Source: Vicugna vicugna
Lineage: Eukaryota
NCBI GenBank assembly: GCA_013265495.1
Contig: MU058636.1
Location: forward strand, 3,149,967-3,213,966
Reading direction: 5' to 3'
DNA: 64,000 nucleotides
Below, piece after piece: positions 49,221 through 62,455 of the stretch (position 1 is the stretch's first letter; every line of letters begins with the position of its first letter). The notes under the pieces were generated by a model. It was given only the letters and a program-made list of their open reading frames with translations, ran no database searches and was not told the origin of the DNA. Made by a program: the position numbers and the translations under genes.

Positions 49221-49879
49221 AGCCAGGGGGTTTTACAGCCGTTCTCTGCTCTCACTGGAGTCAAGGCAGACAGGAAGAAAGAAGGTACAAATGGTTATAA
49301 AAGTCTGAGTATGCAATGACTAAAGCCAGGCACGGATGTGGCTCTGGAGAGGGAGAGGAAGAAATGCATTTTTAAAAAGGTTTTGGAGGCTTAAGTAATC
49401 AGAGTTCAGCAGCAGCTTGAATTTGGAGAGAAGAGTATTTATTAGGTGCCTACTAAGAGCCTTGACCTGGGAGCCCTGGACAAAGTAAGCACATGAAGCA
49501 CACCTGTCCAGGGAGCGAGCGGAGCACGTGTGAAATAATTAGGGAATCGGGTTCAGGAACGAAGTCCCTGTGACGTGGGTACCAGTGTAGAACGGAAGGG
49601 ACCAGAGAAGGCTAGATTTATCCAAGTTTGGGGTTTGAATTTTGAGGAAGTGGGCTTTGAAAGAAGGCCAGATGTAGTTGAGAGACGAGGAAAGGGCATT
49701 GTGGAGAGAGAAAGCGTGAGGGCAGAGCGGGGAAGAGAGGGGCGAGGCTGGGCCTGGAGCTGCAGGCCCAGCAGGGACAAAGAGGCTCTGAAGGTGTAGA
49801 ATACTGGTGTTCGGTTGTTGTCACACTCTATTTAAATGTGGTTGCAGCATCTCCAGAGAGGATCTTGGTGGCCTCGAAG

Positions 49880-50780
49880 TGGGAAAGCCCTTCTTAAAAC
49901 AAAACCACAGAAGCACAAAGCATACGGTAAGAGCTTAATGGATTTGAATACATCAGAATAAAAGGATTTTCATCAGAGGAAGGACAAGGTTATCAGACAG
50001 ATGACAGATACTGGGAGAAGATACTTGCAATGTCTCAACTGACTAGGGGTTGGGATCTTGAATATGTAAAAACCCTGCTAATCAGCAAAAAGCATGAAGT
50101 CCCCTCTCCTCAATGAACAAAGGATCAGAAGAGGCAATACATGGAAGAGAAAGCCAATGTGAATGGCAGGCATGTGAAGCGATGTTCAGTCTGATTAGTA
50201 ATTGGAGAAATATAAATCGAAGTAGTGATGATGTATCATTTACCTCCATTTGATTAGCCCAAATTAGGAAGCAGGATAATGCCAGGTGGTGGCCAGGATG
50301 TGGGAATCAGGGAATTCCTGGGCCCCGCTGGAGGTTCACAGAACAGTACCGCCATTCTGGACAGCAGCAGTTATGTCAAGTTCAATATACACGTCTATAA
50401 CCTAACAATATCACCCCCACGTCATCCCAGAGAAGTCCTCCAAATGTCCCAAGGGCAGTGCAGGGAGATGCGGACTGCAGTTCTGTTGGTGGCAGTGTGT
50501 CCGTCTAGAGGAGACCAATGGGTACCCGTGGGGGAGGCGCTCTCTGAAATACTCTGCGGGAGTTGGAGGGAACCGACTGAATGTAGTCGTGGCAACCTGA
50601 ATAGAGCTCTTAAAACACCGTTTGGGCCAAGGAAGTGAGAAACAATAAAGGCTAGCGGATGTCTGTGCACTTTTAATAGCACAGGCATATTAAACAGCAC
50701 ATGTTTGACAGGGCACGTGCTAATAACAACATACAGCGATCAAGTTAGGATGGTTGCCTAGAGGGGAAGGGGAAAGTGGA
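49880..50780 (+). mobile_element. Old L1 (L1ME-like) ORF2 end
   Basis: gacagatactgggagaagatacttgcaatgtc...catgtgaagcgatgttcagtctgattagtaattggagaaat...ggtggccaggatgtggg. Confidence 0.8.
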
Positions 50781-52499
50781 AACCAAAACGATAAATGCAT
50801 GTGTACATGCCTGGATGCATGCGTACCGCATGGATGACACGGGGCTGTGCAGGAACCAGTGATGTGGTAAAGTGCACTATCAGCTGAGGACCGTGATCTC
50901 CCCGACCCTCTGCTTCTGAGAGCAAATAAAAGGAACTCTTAGGCATTATATCAATCACTAATGCAATTTTAGATCTATTAAACAGATGACTTACGAGCTT
51001 GAGTTAAGAAGGTGATACCGTGTAGAGCCTATGATGGGCTGAAGTCATGACACACACAAAAAATTTTTTAAGTATATAGAGCTATTGAACTAGTAGATCA
51101 AGGAATGTCATTAGAAGTGATGTTGCATTTTCCTGCAAAATGTTGGCATGGTCTCTGTCAAAGGAGTGAAGAAATGCGGACAGGATAAGGGCTGGATATG
51201 TTGTGTGAATTACTTAAGCAGCTAAATCCAGTTAAGCCTGGTTAATCACTCTAATTCAGTCCAGAGCTGTGATTCTGAAGAGTTTTCAGGTTTGTCCTCT
51301 TTGAGACTCATAAAAGTTTCAGCCCCTCATCCCAGAAAAATATGCAGGGACATTTACAAAATGATGTGTTCAGTATCGGGGGTGGGAGCAGTGTGAGCCT
51401 TTGGAGCCATGAGCCTAAGGCCAAGAACCAAGTTCAAGGGCCAAGTTTGTAACCAGTGACATCCACCATTGAGATCTGAAGAAAAATCTCTAGGGGTGAT
51501 ATCTGTGTTTTTAAAAATGTCCCCAGGTTGTCTTGATATGTGTCTGTAGCTAAAGAAGTAGATCAAACCCACTGACCATTGGAATCACCTAAGGACCTTT
51601 TGTAGAAACATGTTCAGGTCTCATCACCAAGGGTCTGCTCTATCAGGGCCTAGGTTCTGAGTATTTCTCCCCAGGTTGATATGGGGGTGGGACCCAAGCT
51701 GAGCCAATCACAGCCCTTCCTTGGGCTTAATAATGTAGACCCAGGGGTGACGTCTGCAACGTTTAATAACTGAGAGGGCAGAAGTACTGACTGAGCAGAG
51801 GAGACCCAGCCACATCCAGAGGCTCTGCCAGGATGTACCCACAGATGACCACACCGTGCAAGATCTATGTCACTGGCACGTAGAATGGTGACATTCATGT
51901 AAAGTCACGTATAGATTGTATATCCAAAAGACGTATCTGAAAGGATGTTCACCACAAAATCAACGGGGGTTATTTTCCATAAATGTGAGACTTGGAGTGA
52001 TGTTTTAAACTTTCCTCTTTACATTTTCTGCATTGCTGGAATATTTTAAATGGATAGACATTGTTTTGACTTAAAATAAAATGTTAATTTGTAGGATGAA
52101 GGTAAAAATCAATCAGCAAGCTCTCAAGAAAGGGTTCTTGGGCTTCTGTGTCCTCTTTCAGAGTCTGGTTGGGAACCCTGCTCTTTCTCCTGCTTCCACT
52201 CCCGAGAACCTACCTTCCTGACTCCTCCTGGGCACCCCTGGTATCAGGGGGTTGCTGCAGAGAATGCCGTGGTCCAGGCTGTAGGAAGCAGGCCTGCCTC
52301 TATCACTAACTAGCCTTGGGACCCTGGGGAATTCACTATGTTCTCTGCTCTTGAGTCCTTGTCTATAAAATAGAGGTGATTGAGACTGAATGGTCTTTCC
52401 TGTCTATGACCCATGAAATCTGAATAAAATATCTGTAAGCTTTTGATAAGTCACGAACAGGAGCTATAAGCACAGTTCAGAGTTTTGGCTCCTGAACCA

Positions 52500-53640
52500 C
52501 TCGAGAACAAGTCACCATAGCTGACCTGATGCAGTGCCCCCTGTGTCTTTGAATGTGTGTTTCCTATGAACAAGGGCATTGAGCCACGTAACCACAACAC
52601 GACCATCAGAATCAGGAAATCAGCGTTGATGTACTTAGTGCCTGAGACCTCCTTCAAGCTTCACCAATTGTCCCTTTCTAGAAAAAGGATCCAGTCCTGA
52701 ACCACGAGCTGCGTTTAGCTGTCCTGTCTCCCAAGTCTCCTTTTGTCTGGGACCCTTCCTCGGTCTTCTCTCCACTTTTAGGACCCCAACACTTTCGAAG
52801 ATGACGGGCCAGTCATTTAGTAGAATGTCACTCAAATTGGGTTTGTCTAAGTTTTTCTGGCAATTCCATTCAGGTTACACTTCTTCAGAAGGAGTGTCAC
52901 CAGCGCGAGGCTGGGTTTTTCTCACTGCATCCTATCGGGTGGCACAAAATCTTCATTTGTCCCATTACTGACGTTGCTCGCTTTGATCACTTGATTCGGG
53001 GAATGCCAGTCAGTCCTCTCCTCTGTAAAAGTACTCCTTTCCCCTTTGTTATTAATAACTATTTCATGGGGAGGCATGTTTAAACTATCTAAATACCTCT
53101 CCATTTATTCTTTCATTTCTGTACATATATATTCTTTTATATATATTCTTTCTATTTATTATTTTATTTATTTATGTCTATCTATACTTGCGGTCTCCTG
53201 TTTTATTCAACAGGTTATCTCTTACTATAATTTTATATTCTGATGTTCATATTGTCCTGGGTTTGGCCATTGAAAATCTCTTCAAGCTGTCTTCTCTTAT
53301 TTAGAAACCAAGATCTGGGTGTTAAATGTGCTCATTGCAACTTGAGTGTCACTGCTCCAGACCGTCCCGGGGGACGGAGCTAGGGAAGACACGTGCAGAT
53401 ACAGATACAGGTATAAATGCAGGTGTAGAGAGACACAGACACACATATACAGCTGTACTTATTTCGCTATTGAAAAAATGAGTTCAGGCAAATACTTCCA
53501 ATTCCAGTCTAACTAGAAATACTTGTTTGCTCCCTCTCCACATGTATACCTCCTTTTCCTGATAGTGACAAACTTGCTCCCTCTTGTCCTTAATATATTC
53601 ACTTATTTGACCAATCTCCCTGTGAGTGGCCCACCCGGTG
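52500..53640 (-). mobile_element. L1MC/MD-like 3'UTR
   Basis: gtttcctatgaacaagggcatt...gggccagtcatttagtagaatgtcactcaaattgggtttgtct...tatttagaaaccaagatctgggtgtta. Confidence 0.85.
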
Positions 53641-56600
53641 CCCACACTGCCACCCCCCCACACACACCCCGCCTCAGGCTCTGACTCCCCACCTCGCCAG
53701 CACGCTGCCCTTCACCCTGGAGGATTTACCTAATGGATTTGTCTGTTCCTAAGCTAACAAAGCGACCTTAAAACTGTGAATAGCTCGAAAAACGTTCAAT
53801 ATATTTTTGCTTTACCTCCTACTTTTCCTATTTTAAAACCATAGTTCCTCCCACTTCTGTGAGACAAGATAATTGAGAAATTCCCCACCTCTGCTAGCAC
53901 GCGGATGATCGGCAGGTAAGTTCGGGTCAGGTAAGTCTGCTAGTCACCAACCCCGACCCCCCGAGGACCCCAACTTCTTGTGCCCCACGGAGGCTTCGCC
54001 CGCACCTGGACAGCAGGCGGCCCGGCGGCCCTTTGGTCCCAGCCTGGCCTGCAACCACTTCTTGGATCCATGGTCGAAGCCCCTGCACTCGCTTACTCAC
54101 TCAGAAAACCTAGAAGTTTAACCTTGTCTCCACTTTCCCCAAGATCCACCTCCCCACCTAACTCAGCGACTCTTCCTCCCAAACGTGGCCCAAATCCATC
54201 CCTTTCCGTCCACTCCACGCCCATCAAACTGGCCCAGGCCACCACTGCCCGCCCTGGAACCACCGCCGCGACTCCCCCGTGGTTTCCAGCGCCACCTCCC
54301 TCCCTGGGGGGTTGTTCTACTGTCCTGGTCACCACACCTCCAGCCCCTGTGTCCCGGCAGGGCCTTGTCCTGGTGATACGGGGCGGGGTGGTGGGGATGG
54401 GAGCCCGAGCTAAGTGACGTCGTCACCAGGAGGGACTATTTGGGGTAGCATCTTACCCGGCAAAGCTGACTAATAAGTTCCGTGGAGTGTATTCTGCGCG
54501 CAGCCGTAAGTCAGCTTTCAAGAAAATAACAGGAGTCACTCCAGGCAACTCCACCCAATCCCAGCACTGGTCAGTGGCTCCCAGAGTCCTGCCGCTGAAG
54601 CCCCAGCCCTGAGGCTGCTTTGCAAAGGCCCTGAGCTCTGGACCAGCCTCCAATCTCCGCTCTCCTACCCCCCCCGCCCCCACCCCCGGCTCTCTCCTCC
54701 CTGCCTGTCACTCCGGCCTGCTGCTCCCCTGAGCCCAGAATAGGCCCCATCCCCACCGGAGGGGCTCCGCCTCGGAATTTAGGTCTCATATTCAACACTC
54801 CTGCTTCAAGGAGGTGTCCCGACCACAGGCCCAAGAGCACCGCCGGTCACCGGCCAGCCTCCTCGGTGATGCGCAGGGCACCTGTCACACAGCTCTGATG
54901 TGTCCACGTCCTTCCTATGTTACCTTCATTGCCCCCCTCCCCCCGAGAGAAGGAAAGCTCCGTGAGGGCAGGGACCTTCTGTCTTGGTCCTCGCGGGTTC
55001 CCAGGAACGTGGGACCCAGCCTGACACACACCCAGAGCTGCATAAATATCGAGGGAAGGGGTGAACGAGCGTGGTCAGGCTTTTCCAAATGATACTGTGC
55101 TTCCTGGGAGGGGTCCCCTGATGGTGTTCAAAAGCAGAAAATCACAGGTGGGACGAAGACCAGCAGCCCCTGGAAGGGTGAGGCTGTCATGGAAAGACCC
55201 GCGGAGCCGAGCGGGCGCTGCTGGGCGGTCCGGTCCCAGATGCTAGCGCCACACTCACTTCTCCGGGCGGATTTTCTCCTCTCCAGTTTTGCGACGCTGG
55301 GGACATTTCACATGCAGGACAACCAAATCAGGGTTTGGGGAGGAGGTGACCGTTAGGGGCTGGGTGTACTCCGCCCTCAGAAAGAGCAGAGCTACGAGGC
55401 AGCTTGGAGAAGGACGGTGGGATGGAGGCAGCGCGCTGGCCGGCGGTGTGAGTCTTTGTGATGGGTCTGGCACTGACCAGTCCGAGCCGAGCGAGGCCAC
55501 AAACAGAACGATCAAAACAACTTTTGAAAACACGCAGAAGAGTTGCATCTTGCTCTCCAGTCTGTAGGCTGTGTTGTACAGAGTGTTCCCAGAGCTCAGG
55601 AACCGTAAGGATCTGATACATTTTAAAAATTCTAATTTAATGTTCAAAAAAATAATTTTGGGTGTGTCAAGTTTAGGAATGTAAGCAGCTTTGTAGAAAT
55701 GTCTTATTGATTTTCTAAAAATGAATTATCCAGAGTTTCTCGTTTTTTAATAAAAAAAAAACCTCAAGAAAAAAATTGGATTCTTCTGTAATTTTATTAT
55801 TTTTCCTAGACCCTGACGCATAATTCTGAGACTTATGAGCTGGGAGGACCTGTCCTTTCCTCTTACAGGGAGAGAACTGGGGCCTGGAGAGGTTAGGATT
55901 TGGCCAAAGGCACAAGGCGAGTTAAAAGGAACCCAGTGTCTAGATGTCTTTAATCACAGCCTGTCAGGTTAGAAGGACTTTAATGACCAAATTAGTCCGC
56001 CCTCCCACTGCCCACCCTCCAATATGCGTGTCTCTTTTACAACCTGGCCACCCTCTGTGCTTGAATCTGTCTAGTCTGGGAGCTCTTAAGGGGGCCTGTC
56101 CATCTTTAAAGAGTTCTGAGTGTTTTAAAAAAAATGCTTTTTATTGATCAGACTCTGATCTTGTATGGTTCCCACCTGTGTTTACCTGCTGCTGGAACCT
56201 GAGAATTCAGAATCTGGTGTTTCTGTGAGTCTGATGCTACCTCTGGACTAGATGTAAGTCCCACATGAGACAATGAAAAGCACACCAGCTTAACTCCAAG
56301 CCCTACAGATGCCTGTGCATCTCCCTGCAGATAATGACCTCCCCAAAGAGCATCACTACCTGAACGCGTCACTAGTCCCTGCTAGGAAGGAAAGTTTCCT
56401 ACACCCGGGCAGAGGCTACAGCCCAGGAGGGAACCTCTGCCCTGGGCATCGGTGTCGCTTTCACGGGCGTCATGGTCAGGCTCACGGCTCTGACGGCGCT
56501 CCCGTGAGAGAGTTCCCCAAAGATCTCTTCTTACCGAAGCCATAAATCACAGCCAGAAAAGGGCTGAGAATTCTCGCCAAGAGCTTCTGAGCCGCACTCA

Positions 56601-56869
56601 AGCTCAAGAACGCCTTGTCACGGTCTTGACAGTTTACACTCTTGAAGCCCTACGAAGTGCTGAAGGCTTGCTGGCCTTTCTGAGGCAGCAGAGCTGAGGA
56701 GCCAGTGTTTCCACAGGTGTCACAGCCAGCTGTCAGGCGGTGGAGAAGCAAAGCCAGGTGGAAGGGCACGGAATTATGGGGAGGAGGCTGGTCGTCAAAT
56801 AAACTGCATCTTAAATCAGTCAGTAATGGGCACCATTCACACATTCCTGGGTGCTGGTCTCTGTTGTAA

Positions 56870-57062
56870 ACATCTTATGTATATTAGCACGTTAAACTGC
56901 AATTCATCATCACTAGAACCTAATGAGGAAGCTCTTTAAGTCATTCTATTTCACACAGAGAAAACGGAGGCATGAGGAGGTGGGATCATCAGCAAAGTCA
57001 TCCCTTTAAAAAATGGCAGAGGTAAAATTCAAATCTAGATTCTCCAAACCGAGGCTCTTTGC
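56870..57062 (-). mobile_element. MIR SINE
   Basis: ctatttcacacagagaaaacggaggcatgaggagg...ggcagaggtaaaattcaaatctagattctccaaa. Confidence 0.7.
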
Positions 57063-57629
57063 ATCATGACCCCATTTGGCTTCTTCCTGGGCGGACCCTC
57101 CCTGAAGCCGAGGGAGGGCACCACTCCCACCTCCCACTCTCCCTGGACCACCATGACTGGAGAGGGCCCAGGTCTTCAGCCCCCAGCCTCTCCCACCCCC
57201 AGTCAGACGCCGCTACCGGACTCAGTTTACAGAGCGAAACACCAAGTCACGTGGCAGACCTAACTCACTCCCTCTCTCAGCACTTTCCCCTCCCCACAGG
57301 CCACGTGGCCAAGCGTTGGTCAGATAGGACCAGCTTCTCCAGTGGAAAGAGAGATCTGAGTGAGGACTCCAGTCACTTCCAGGTACTTAAAGGGCTTCCA
57401 GCACGAAAGCTTCTGGAGACCCCTTCCGAGCAAACCACTGCAGCACTGGGATTAGAGGCAGGGCTGCCCCCCGCGGAAATCCTACCGAAGAGGAGCTCCA
57501 CTTCCTGAACATGGGTCACCAGAGACCGGGGCCCAAGGCGATGCCAGTCCACCCAAGGCAGCTGCGGCAGCCCCACCTGCCTGGGGGCAAGATCCTGCGT
57601 CCAGAAGGTGGCCAGTGCTCAAGTTGGCA

Positions 57630-58045
57630 GTCCTGTTATTGCCCTGCTTAAAATCTCCAGCATTGCTTTTTATTGCCAACCGGGCAGGGTCTGAATGCCC
57701 CAGCACAGCATTCATGGCCTTTTCCAACCAACTCCACTAGCTCCACCTTGCATCTGACTCCCACACGCCCCCTTCACTCCTTTCACACGAAACCCGTCCC
57801 TCCCCAGCACCTTTACCTTGATCTGAGCCTAGCACAGGCTGCTCCCGCTACACTGAATGCACTCCGACTGATTCTTCAAGACACAGCTCAGTGTCCCCTC
57901 TTCTCCAGCCCCTTCTCTGATCCCCAAGTCATAGTTCCTCTCAGGCATCACAGAGCCAATCATTCGAACATCTGTTATACTAACGTGCTGGACCCTATTA
58001 CACATTTGCCTACGTCTTCTCTATTAGACCCCAAACTTCCCAGGT
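57630..58045 (+). mobile_element. L2 fragment
   Basis: attgccctgcttaaaatctccagc...ttcttcaagacacagctcagtgtcccctcttctccagccccttctctga. Confidence 0.65.
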
Positions 58046-59639
58046 AGCGTTGTCATAGGGGTGACAGGACAACAGTACCAGCTCCACCTGGTGTGCTCAT
58101 GGTCTGGCAGAACACCCTCATGGTTATCAGTGAAGAACCACCATATTACCCAACAGGTGTCAGGTTCTCCCCAGGATCCCCCTTCACTTACACAAATGGT
58201 CCTTATTTCCTACCTTGGAATCTTAAGCCCAGACAGCTTGGTGAGGGACCCCACCCAGTCCTGCAGGTGGCTCCGTCCTGCAGTTTTCACTTTCCTCCTC
58301 TCCAACCAGTCTCTGTTTCCTCTAGGCTGTCGCTCTGTATCCGTGAAGTTGTCCTTTTGCTCCCGGCACCTGTCTGATCGCTCTTCCAATGTTTGATTAC
58401 CACTTCTGCGTCTGTTAGGCTTCTTACAGGCAGGTCAGACATTTTTAATTCCTTAAAACTTTCAAACCTTAGATTAAATAAAATCCAGACGGGCATACAG
58501 TTCTTCCAAAGAATCGCTAATAGTACGTATTGATATCAAAATTTAAATTTTGATGCGGCCACTGTTTCCTGAATGTTACTGGTTAGTGTGGTCACAGCGT
58601 TCACACCCTGTGGTCCCTGGGGAGACACTGGTGCAGGTACCCAGGTCTGCAGAGAGATGAAGGCACAGCATGCAGGTGGTGATGACACTTTGAGGGTCCT
58701 CGCCTCGTGCTGCCAGCCCCCCTTGAAGCGCTTTATAAGCACAGGAGCCACTGATCCTCATAATAGCCTCGGAGGAAGCTCTCAGGACCAAGACCCAGAG
58801 GGGCTGCCTGAACACTCTTTCCCCTCCCTCCACCCTAGAGCCCAACACGGTGTTTCCACCATAGATCATCCCTAGACGCGTGTGAAGAATTCATGGTTGA
58901 GTGAGTAAGTGAATGGATGGCAGCCTCCCGCGTATCATCATGTCACGCACATCTCGGGAACGGATGGAAATACAACTTTACTGGGGTGCAGGACGGCACT
59001 GACGGCAAGGATGGCAGAGGGATAATAACAGTGGCGTCTAAGAGTCTGGTTCATTTAACCCTTCCGAGCGATGTGGTCCCTAAAGCAGGTGACCAAGTGA
59101 ATCTACTGAGATGTGGGAAGATGAAACTAGAAATCCTACATGTAATTATTTTAAGAATGAGAACTTGAGTTCTTATTTGATATATAAATGCTTGATATGC
59201 AGATTGGCAAAAGAATAGCTACGTGTGCCCATATACAATTTAAAATGAACTTATGTATACAGGGATGTGTGCTCAGAAACGTTTAATGATAAGGGAGCAG
59301 TCAGAAGAGCCTGGAGACCGCCAACAGGGAGGGGGAGCCAATCCGACTTCCGTGGGGGGATATTAGAGCCTGGAGGAGGGCTGCAATCCCCCGACAGGGC
59401 CCCAGGCAGCCTTGTAGCAAAGTCAGATAGACGAGGCCCTCCAGTCTCTCTGAGGGCCCCAACTGCACACAGCCATTAGGAAACTATTCTAGACTTTTTC
59501 CGCCAACAATAGCCCGATCCCCTTGTGTGTTGGCATCTCCGACACACAGAACTGAGAGCGGCCAGTCATTATTCAAAAAGATCATGCACCACTTCTCACT
59601 GAGGTGACCACTGCCTTTTCAAAAGCTCCACCAGAGTCT

Positions 59640-59765
59640 CACTACCCCGATTTTACAGAGGAGGAAATGGGTTCTGAGGAGCTAAAGAGGCAGCCGGAGT
59701 TCCAGCCAGTAAGTGGCAAAGCCGAGCGCCCCGTGTCCGACTCCAAAGGCCAAGCTCCTTCTACC
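59640..59765 (-). mobile_element. MIR fragment
   Basis: ccccgattttacagaggaggaaatgggttctgaggagctaaa...agccagtaagtggcaaagccgag...gactccaaa. Confidence 0.75.
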
Positions 59766-60457
59766 CGAGGGCCCGGGTGGGCACAGCGCCGGCCCCGTGG
59801 GAGGGCCCCGCCCCGGAATTGCTGGGGCTCCCTCCAGGATCAGCCTGGCACCTGTGCCTCTTACGGTGTTTTAAGTTATTCAACGCGATCAGGATAAAAG
59901 CCAGACTTTAAAAACCTTGATCTGACTTCTGAAATTGCACTCAAGAAATAACTCAAGATTCTCCAAGGCGTGGAAGCCCTCGGGCTATGCCCGCCGCAGC
60001 CGCCCAGGCCCAGAGCAGATGCCCAACAGAAGACTCAAGCTTAACCAGACGCGCGCACACACAAGAATGCCCTTGCCTTTCTGCCGATTATCAGTTATTA
60101 ATAAACACGGTCACCTGTGATTGTTAAAGAAATATGCTCCCCCCATGGGGATAGTTACTTCTCGTTACACAGAAATAAATGATCAGTCCTAAAAATTCAT
60201 AGTCCTGCTGCTGAGAGTTTAATGATTATTTTCTGTTTCCTTAGAGCTGTGAATATTTTTCTTGTCTTCTAAGATGAAATTGCATCGCACACGCAATTGT
60301 CAACTTTCAACTGGCATTCAGTGTAAACAGCTGGAATTGCCTGGAGTAGGGGAGGAGCGGCACTAGGAAAGAAAATGAAAAACAGAAAAAGAGAGACTAA
60401 CTCAGTATAAAAAGTTTTTTTACTTTTTTTAAATTAAAAAAAGAAAAGGTCAATCTT

Positions 60458-60737
60458 TTTTTTAAGTATAGGGTACTTTAATTTATTTATTTTATTAAAG
60501 TACAGTTGACTTACAATGTGTTAGTTTCTGGTGTGCAGCAAAGTGATTCAGTTATACATACGTGGATCTTTTTCATTACAGGTGACTACAAGATACTAAA
60601 TCTAGTTCCCTATGCTGAACAGTAAGAACTTGTGTATGTGTGTATGTGTGTGTGTATGTAAATTGTGCTGTACACCAGAAATTGACACATTGCAAACTGA
60701 CTACAACCCAACACAAATATATATATATTTTTTTTCT
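60458..60737. mobile_element. Composite of two oppositely oriented L1 3' tails within one 16-bp TSD
   Basis: Antisense tail ~60490-60630 and sense tail ~60650-60715; TSD agaaaaggtcaatctt at 60442-60457 and 60738-60753. Confidence 0.8.
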
Positions 60738-61131
60738 AGAAAAGGTCAATCTTAATATCTAAATGACCTAGCAGTAAAACTGAGCTATAGCATGGGACTT
60801 GTAGCAGCTCTTCCAAAAACTTTGGAAACAGTCCAGATCAAACTTTTGCAAGTGTAGTTGAATATAGACATACCTTGCTTTAGGTGATAGATTTGTCTTA
60901 AAATATTTGGACGTAAATCAAATTTAGCAAAATAAAGACACGTCCATGCTGTTCAAAAAAAAGAAAAGAAAAGAAAAGAGGAGAGGGAAAACCGCAGCTT
61001 TTAAAACCTACAGAACTGCATACAATCCAGAATCTCCCAGGCCTGCTTCTCCCTCCGGTGGGAGGCGTGGCGACGGGAGGCGGGGAGAGGAGCTCCCGGT
61101 TCTCTCCGCCTGTGTGTGCTATTACCGAGTG

Positions 61132-61150
61132 TGACCAGCAGAGGGCGGCT
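61132..61150 (+). promoter_or_regulatory. Candidate CTCF site with upstream-motif-like extension
   Basis: TGACCAGCAGAGGGCGGCT closely matches the CTCF core; preceded by tgctattacc and a 5-bp spacer. Confidence 0.7.
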
Positions 61151-62249
61151 TCTCCTTGTTTAAGGCAGAAAGCTTGGCACCCGGAGCTGCTGTTTTCCCG
61201 GAAAACGCAGGTTTCAAAGAGCTTGCCTAAGCAGAGGTCTTCCCACCACGAATTGTAAATACATCTCCACCGAGCCTCTGCCTCTGTTGAAAGGGCAAGA
61301 AAGGGCTGCTGAAGAGACAAACCGCTTGTCAGGGTCATCAGCGCACACGCGGTCGCCATCCAGCTGTGGATGGCTGAGGTTTGGAGGTGGGGCTGGGTGT
61401 GAGGATGGCAAAGAGGGACGAGACCCACCCTGCGAGCGAGGGGAGCCCAGAGGGGAGTGTTTGCCATCCGTTCTCGAAGCAGATGGGCATGCTATGCGTG
61501 GCTGGCACCAGTCCAGCCTCGAGGGGGGCTCTCCCGCTCGTAGGGTGGGGTATCTGTGTCTTGAAAATGTCCCTGAACCACAGGGACCATTAGAACCAAA
61601 GAGGTCCATTAGCTTCCTCAGATCCCCAGGCTGTAAGTGATGTGACTGTACCCAGACCTTTTTTGACTCCAGATCCTGGGCCCATCTCATCACCCGACTC
61701 CATCCCTGGTGAATTATTTATTCAGTGTTTTAGGTTGACTTGTCCTCTTTTAAATAAAGAAATAAAGGAAGAGTAGGAGAAAAGTGAAGACAGTACCAGG
61801 GTTATTATGGAGTGAGGAATGCACAGCTAGCTTCTGTAAAGCGCAGCAGACTCAATTGTGGTTTCTCTTTATCTTGAAGAAGCCGCAGCTAATGACCCAA
61901 ACAGGCCTGCTTCCTCCAGGCAGTAAAGCACATCCGGGCATCGGCCACATGACAACCAGGACCCCAGCCTCCTGAAAGACAGGGCTGCTGCCGGCCAGGG
62001 GTGCTGGTCCTCAGACTCCTTCCCGGCAGGAGGGGGGTGGGGCAGGTTCCTGCCGCATCCTGAGCTCCTCTGGGGGCCCCCACTTACTCAGCATCAGCAG
62101 AGAGAGATGGGCCAACGGTCAACCAGCCAGAATATTTTAAAGCAGTGATCACAAATACTTCAGTTATCACCCCAGGAAGCCAGTCTCTGCCTCCCCCTCC
62201 CCTTTTTCAGATCTCATAAAAATAGGAAAAAAATTCCGTGGCTCTCCTA

Positions 62250-62455
62250 GGTGCCAGCTACTGTGCTAAGTGCTTTACTTGTATCATGTTATCGAATGGT
62301 CACAGCTCTGCAGGAGTCCCCATTTTCCAACCAAGGAAACAAAGGCTTTAAGAGGTTGAGTAACTTCCCAAGATTTGCACGGCTAGTAAGTTGCAGAAGC
62401 TGGATTTAAACCGAGATGTAACCAGTCTTCCTACTGTGGTCTGAACCGCTATGCT
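62250..62455 (-). mobile_element. MIR SINE
   Basis: gtgccagctactgtgctaagtgctttac...gaggttgagtaacttcccaagatttgcacggctagtaagttgcagaagctggatttaaacc. Confidence 0.85.
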
